This document shows, in pieces, positions 34,232 to 36,597 of a DNA stretch of 36,597 nucleotides (position 1 is the first letter of the stretch; each line of letters begins with the position of its first letter). Position numbers and translations under genes: made by a program. Under the pieces are notes generated by a model, which saw only the letters and a program-made list of their open reading frames with translations, did not search any database and was not told where the DNA came from. This DNA comes from Octopus sinensis (lineage: Eukaryota): positions 1 through 36,597 of the forward strand of contig NW_021824692.1 in the NCBI RefSeq assembly GCF_006345805.1, read 5' to 3'.

Positions 34232-35106
34232 TCTATTATTATATAAAATCCGTTCTTTCTGTCTGTCTGTGTGTCTTCTAAGATCTCGGGCATCCTCCAT
34301 CCGATTGCACTCAAATTTGATATGTATGTACCGACGGTATCAGGGCGTGTATAAATCTTGAAAAAAATTACAAAAATCGATTCCAGGTGAGAATGCGATC
34401 GATAAAGCCGCCGGAACGTGCATTTGTACGCGCAAGTACATCAGCTATTGCGATCGATTCTTGGGTTGGCTGTTCGACAAACCTTTTCTACTACGCTCTA
34501 GACGGAAAAACAAGGAATGTGGTTTACAAGGCTGCGCTCTACAAGCTTTTCCATGCCCTTGGATATCCCGTAAAGTAAGTTAGCTTAAAATTAGTTACTT
34601 AGTTCCCTAGGTTGGTGCTTTTCATCAGAAATCGACGCAAGTTGATTTTCTACATATTTTATCGGTTAAACTTTTTATTGTCCCAAGTACGTTCTCATAA
34701 ATTCATCATGATTTTCCATCTAAATTTACCTCCAGCTAACCCATTTGCATGCATCGTTTTTCTCCTGCTTTTCTTCAGTCAACTTGTACATAACTGCACC
34801 TTCCGTTTTTTGTTGTTTTTGTACTGCTTAAAGGCACGTTTGTTTTCTGCCAAGCTTACTGCTTAAACCATGTTTGTGTTCTCCCAGTCAACAGCCTTAT
34901 CATATTAGTGTGAATAATATCGTTTTTCTTTGGAATAGAAAAAAGTCCATCTTAGTTTCTTCTCTTGCTGATGTCTTAAATTTAGGTTAAATCAGTGTTT
35001 CACGAAGGGTAGGCATATGGGATAATCGGGCAAGTTGTTTTGAGAAAATTTGGTTTAAATGTTTGACAACTCAGCACCGTCCATTGGACGGGGGGCGTTT
35101 TGCTCG
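34232..35106 (+). mobile_element. Non-autonomous Helitron
   Basis: A|TC start with TATATAAAA and (GTCT)n; helicase C-terminal remnant SWVG.STNLFYYALDGKTRNVVYKAAL; 3' hairpin CCGTCC-ATT-GGACGG at 35077-35091, then CTCG|T (decayed CTAG). Confidence 0.75.
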
Positions 35107-35152
35107 TGCATTATACGTAGGATATAATATATATATATATTATATATATATC

Positions 35153-35184
<32 letters not shown>

Positions 35185-35214
35185 GCATATATGCATATAC
35201 TATCGATTGTTATA

Positions 35215-36425
35215 CAGGGGTTGCACAAAATAATGGAAACACCTCACAATTTCAACCAAATTTATTTTAATATGGGGTAGGACTGCCTGTGGCAGTAATT
35301 ACAGCTTGAATTCTACGAGTTATGGAGTCGTACAACGTTTGAACTGTTTTCAAAGGAATTTTAGTCCATCCTTCAGCTAAAACAGTCTCCTGTTCTTGTA
35401 GTGATGATGGCGGGGGATATCGACTCCTCACTTGTTTTTCTAAAATGCCCTATAAATGTTGAATAATATTGAGAACTGGGGACTGTGGTGGCCAAATAAG
35501 ATATTCAACTTCACTAGAATGTTCCTCGTGCCATTCAGTAACAACTTTAGCTGTTTGAATTGGTGCATTATCATCCTGAAAGATTGCGTTTCCTTTCGGA
35601 AACAATTCCGCAACCACAAGATGAATTTGATCAGATAAAATGCTTAAATGCCACCCTCTCCCAGATCATCACAGATCCTCCTCTATGTTTAGCAGTTGGA
35701 AGGATGCAGTCTGGGTCAAATGCCATTTTTGGCTGTGTACACTCGTATACACGGCCGGTGGGGGGAAAAAAAGGTAAAGGATGAGTCCTCCGAGAAAATA
35801 ACATTCCTCCACTACTCTAGGGACCAATGTTGTAGGTTTTTACTCCATTCTAATCGCTTTGCAACGTTTGTTTTTGAAAGTAGTGGTTTTCTGATTGCAG
35901 CCCTCACATGAAATCCGGTTTTGCGCAGCTCCCGGCGAACAGTTTTTGTGGAAACTGGTTTCCCGTGGTGGTCATTAAGCTCAGCAGTAATTTTGGAAGC
36001 TGTACTTTAGTGATCCTTTCTAACAATTCGCGTAAGTGTCTGACGATCCCTATCTCAAAGTATTGGTTTTCTTCCAGAGTTTCGTTTCGACGAGGAGGTT
36101 TTTTCCCTCTTTCTCAGAGGCTATCATTACTTTCGAGACAGTACTTTCTTAAGATACCAAACATTTCGGCTGTTTTCGTTACACTAACGCCTGCCTTATG
36201 AGCACCAACAATTTGACATCTTTGAAAGTCTGTGATTTTTATGAATGTTAATTACCTTTTTCTGATTATATCTGAAAAGCAACAGCAATTTTAGCAAAAC
36301 ATATTAAGCAACACCAATAATGAATCAAAAGACGTAAAAATAAACACGCTTTTGACGGTTTTATAGATATTTCAAAATTAAGATGCTATAATGCTAAATG
36401 TTTCCATTATTTTGACCAACTCCTG
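35215..36425 (-). mobile_element. Tc1-family DNA transposon, full length, dead
   Basis: 27-bp TIRs CAGGGGTTGCACAAAATAATGGAAACA / TGTTTCCATTATTTTGACCAACTCCTG; TA at the left flank. Confidence 0.9.
35267..36240 (-). pseudogene. Tc1 DD34E transposase pseudogene
   Basis: RNSGRKP, STKTVRREL, KPLLS, W.NVIFSEDS, KHRGGSVMIW, FQDDNAP, WPPQSPVLNIIQHL (catalytic E lost); in-frame stops and frameshifts. Confidence 0.9.
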
Positions 36426-36427
36426 CC

Positions 36428-36438
36428 ATATAATATAT

Positions 36439-36469
<31 letters not shown>

Positions 36470-36597
36470 TAATATCTTCCCTTCTTCTTCTTCATTTCTT
36501 CTTTCTTCTCCTCCATCTTCTTGTTCTTTTCTTCTTCTTCTTCTTCTTCTCCTCTCCTCCTCCTCCTTCTTCTACTTCTTCCTCTTCTTCTTCTTCT
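36428..36597. repeat. (TA)n and (CTT)n microsatellites
   Basis: Direct reading. Confidence 0.9.

Noticed and set aside
33538-34281. 247-aa hydrophobic ORF
   Set aside because: Runs through microsatellite, pyrimidine tract, repeat and Helitron start; F/L/S richness reflects T-rich DNA.

Overview
Eukaryotic, AT-rich, microsatellite-saturated genomic DNA. The repeat families resemble those I recall from octopus genomes; that is recognition, not a database match. No intact protein-coding gene is supported, and nearly all ORFs in the track are low-complexity artefacts. The window is a transposon graveyard. It holds a near full-length, decayed Tx1/L1-clade LINE (minus, ~11612-16870; ORF1 with CCHC knuckle, ORF2 with APE-RT-CCHC) and a second 5'-truncated copy (~20552-21497). 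It also holds a decayed RepHel Helitron (minus, ~25800-29920), a non-autonomous Helitron (34232-35106), a dead Tc1 element (35215-36425), hAT and Tigger-like MITEs, at least four tRNA-derived SINE families (labelled A-D here) and Penelope-like fragments. The best leads are: (1) SINE family B shares a 41-nt stem-loop 3' end with the Tx1 LINE, a candidate LINE/SINE partner pair; (2) both LINE copies sit in (TATC)n, suggesting microsatellite targeting; (3) a near-perfect 185-bp palindrome carries a minimal hammerhead-ribozyme fold on each strand, and a second degenerate hammerhead lies at 7409-7454; (4) a 1.2-kb phased A4T4 array is built from nested palindromes. A few unique-sequence islands may be host exons or promoters (low confidence). 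All alignments were done by eye.
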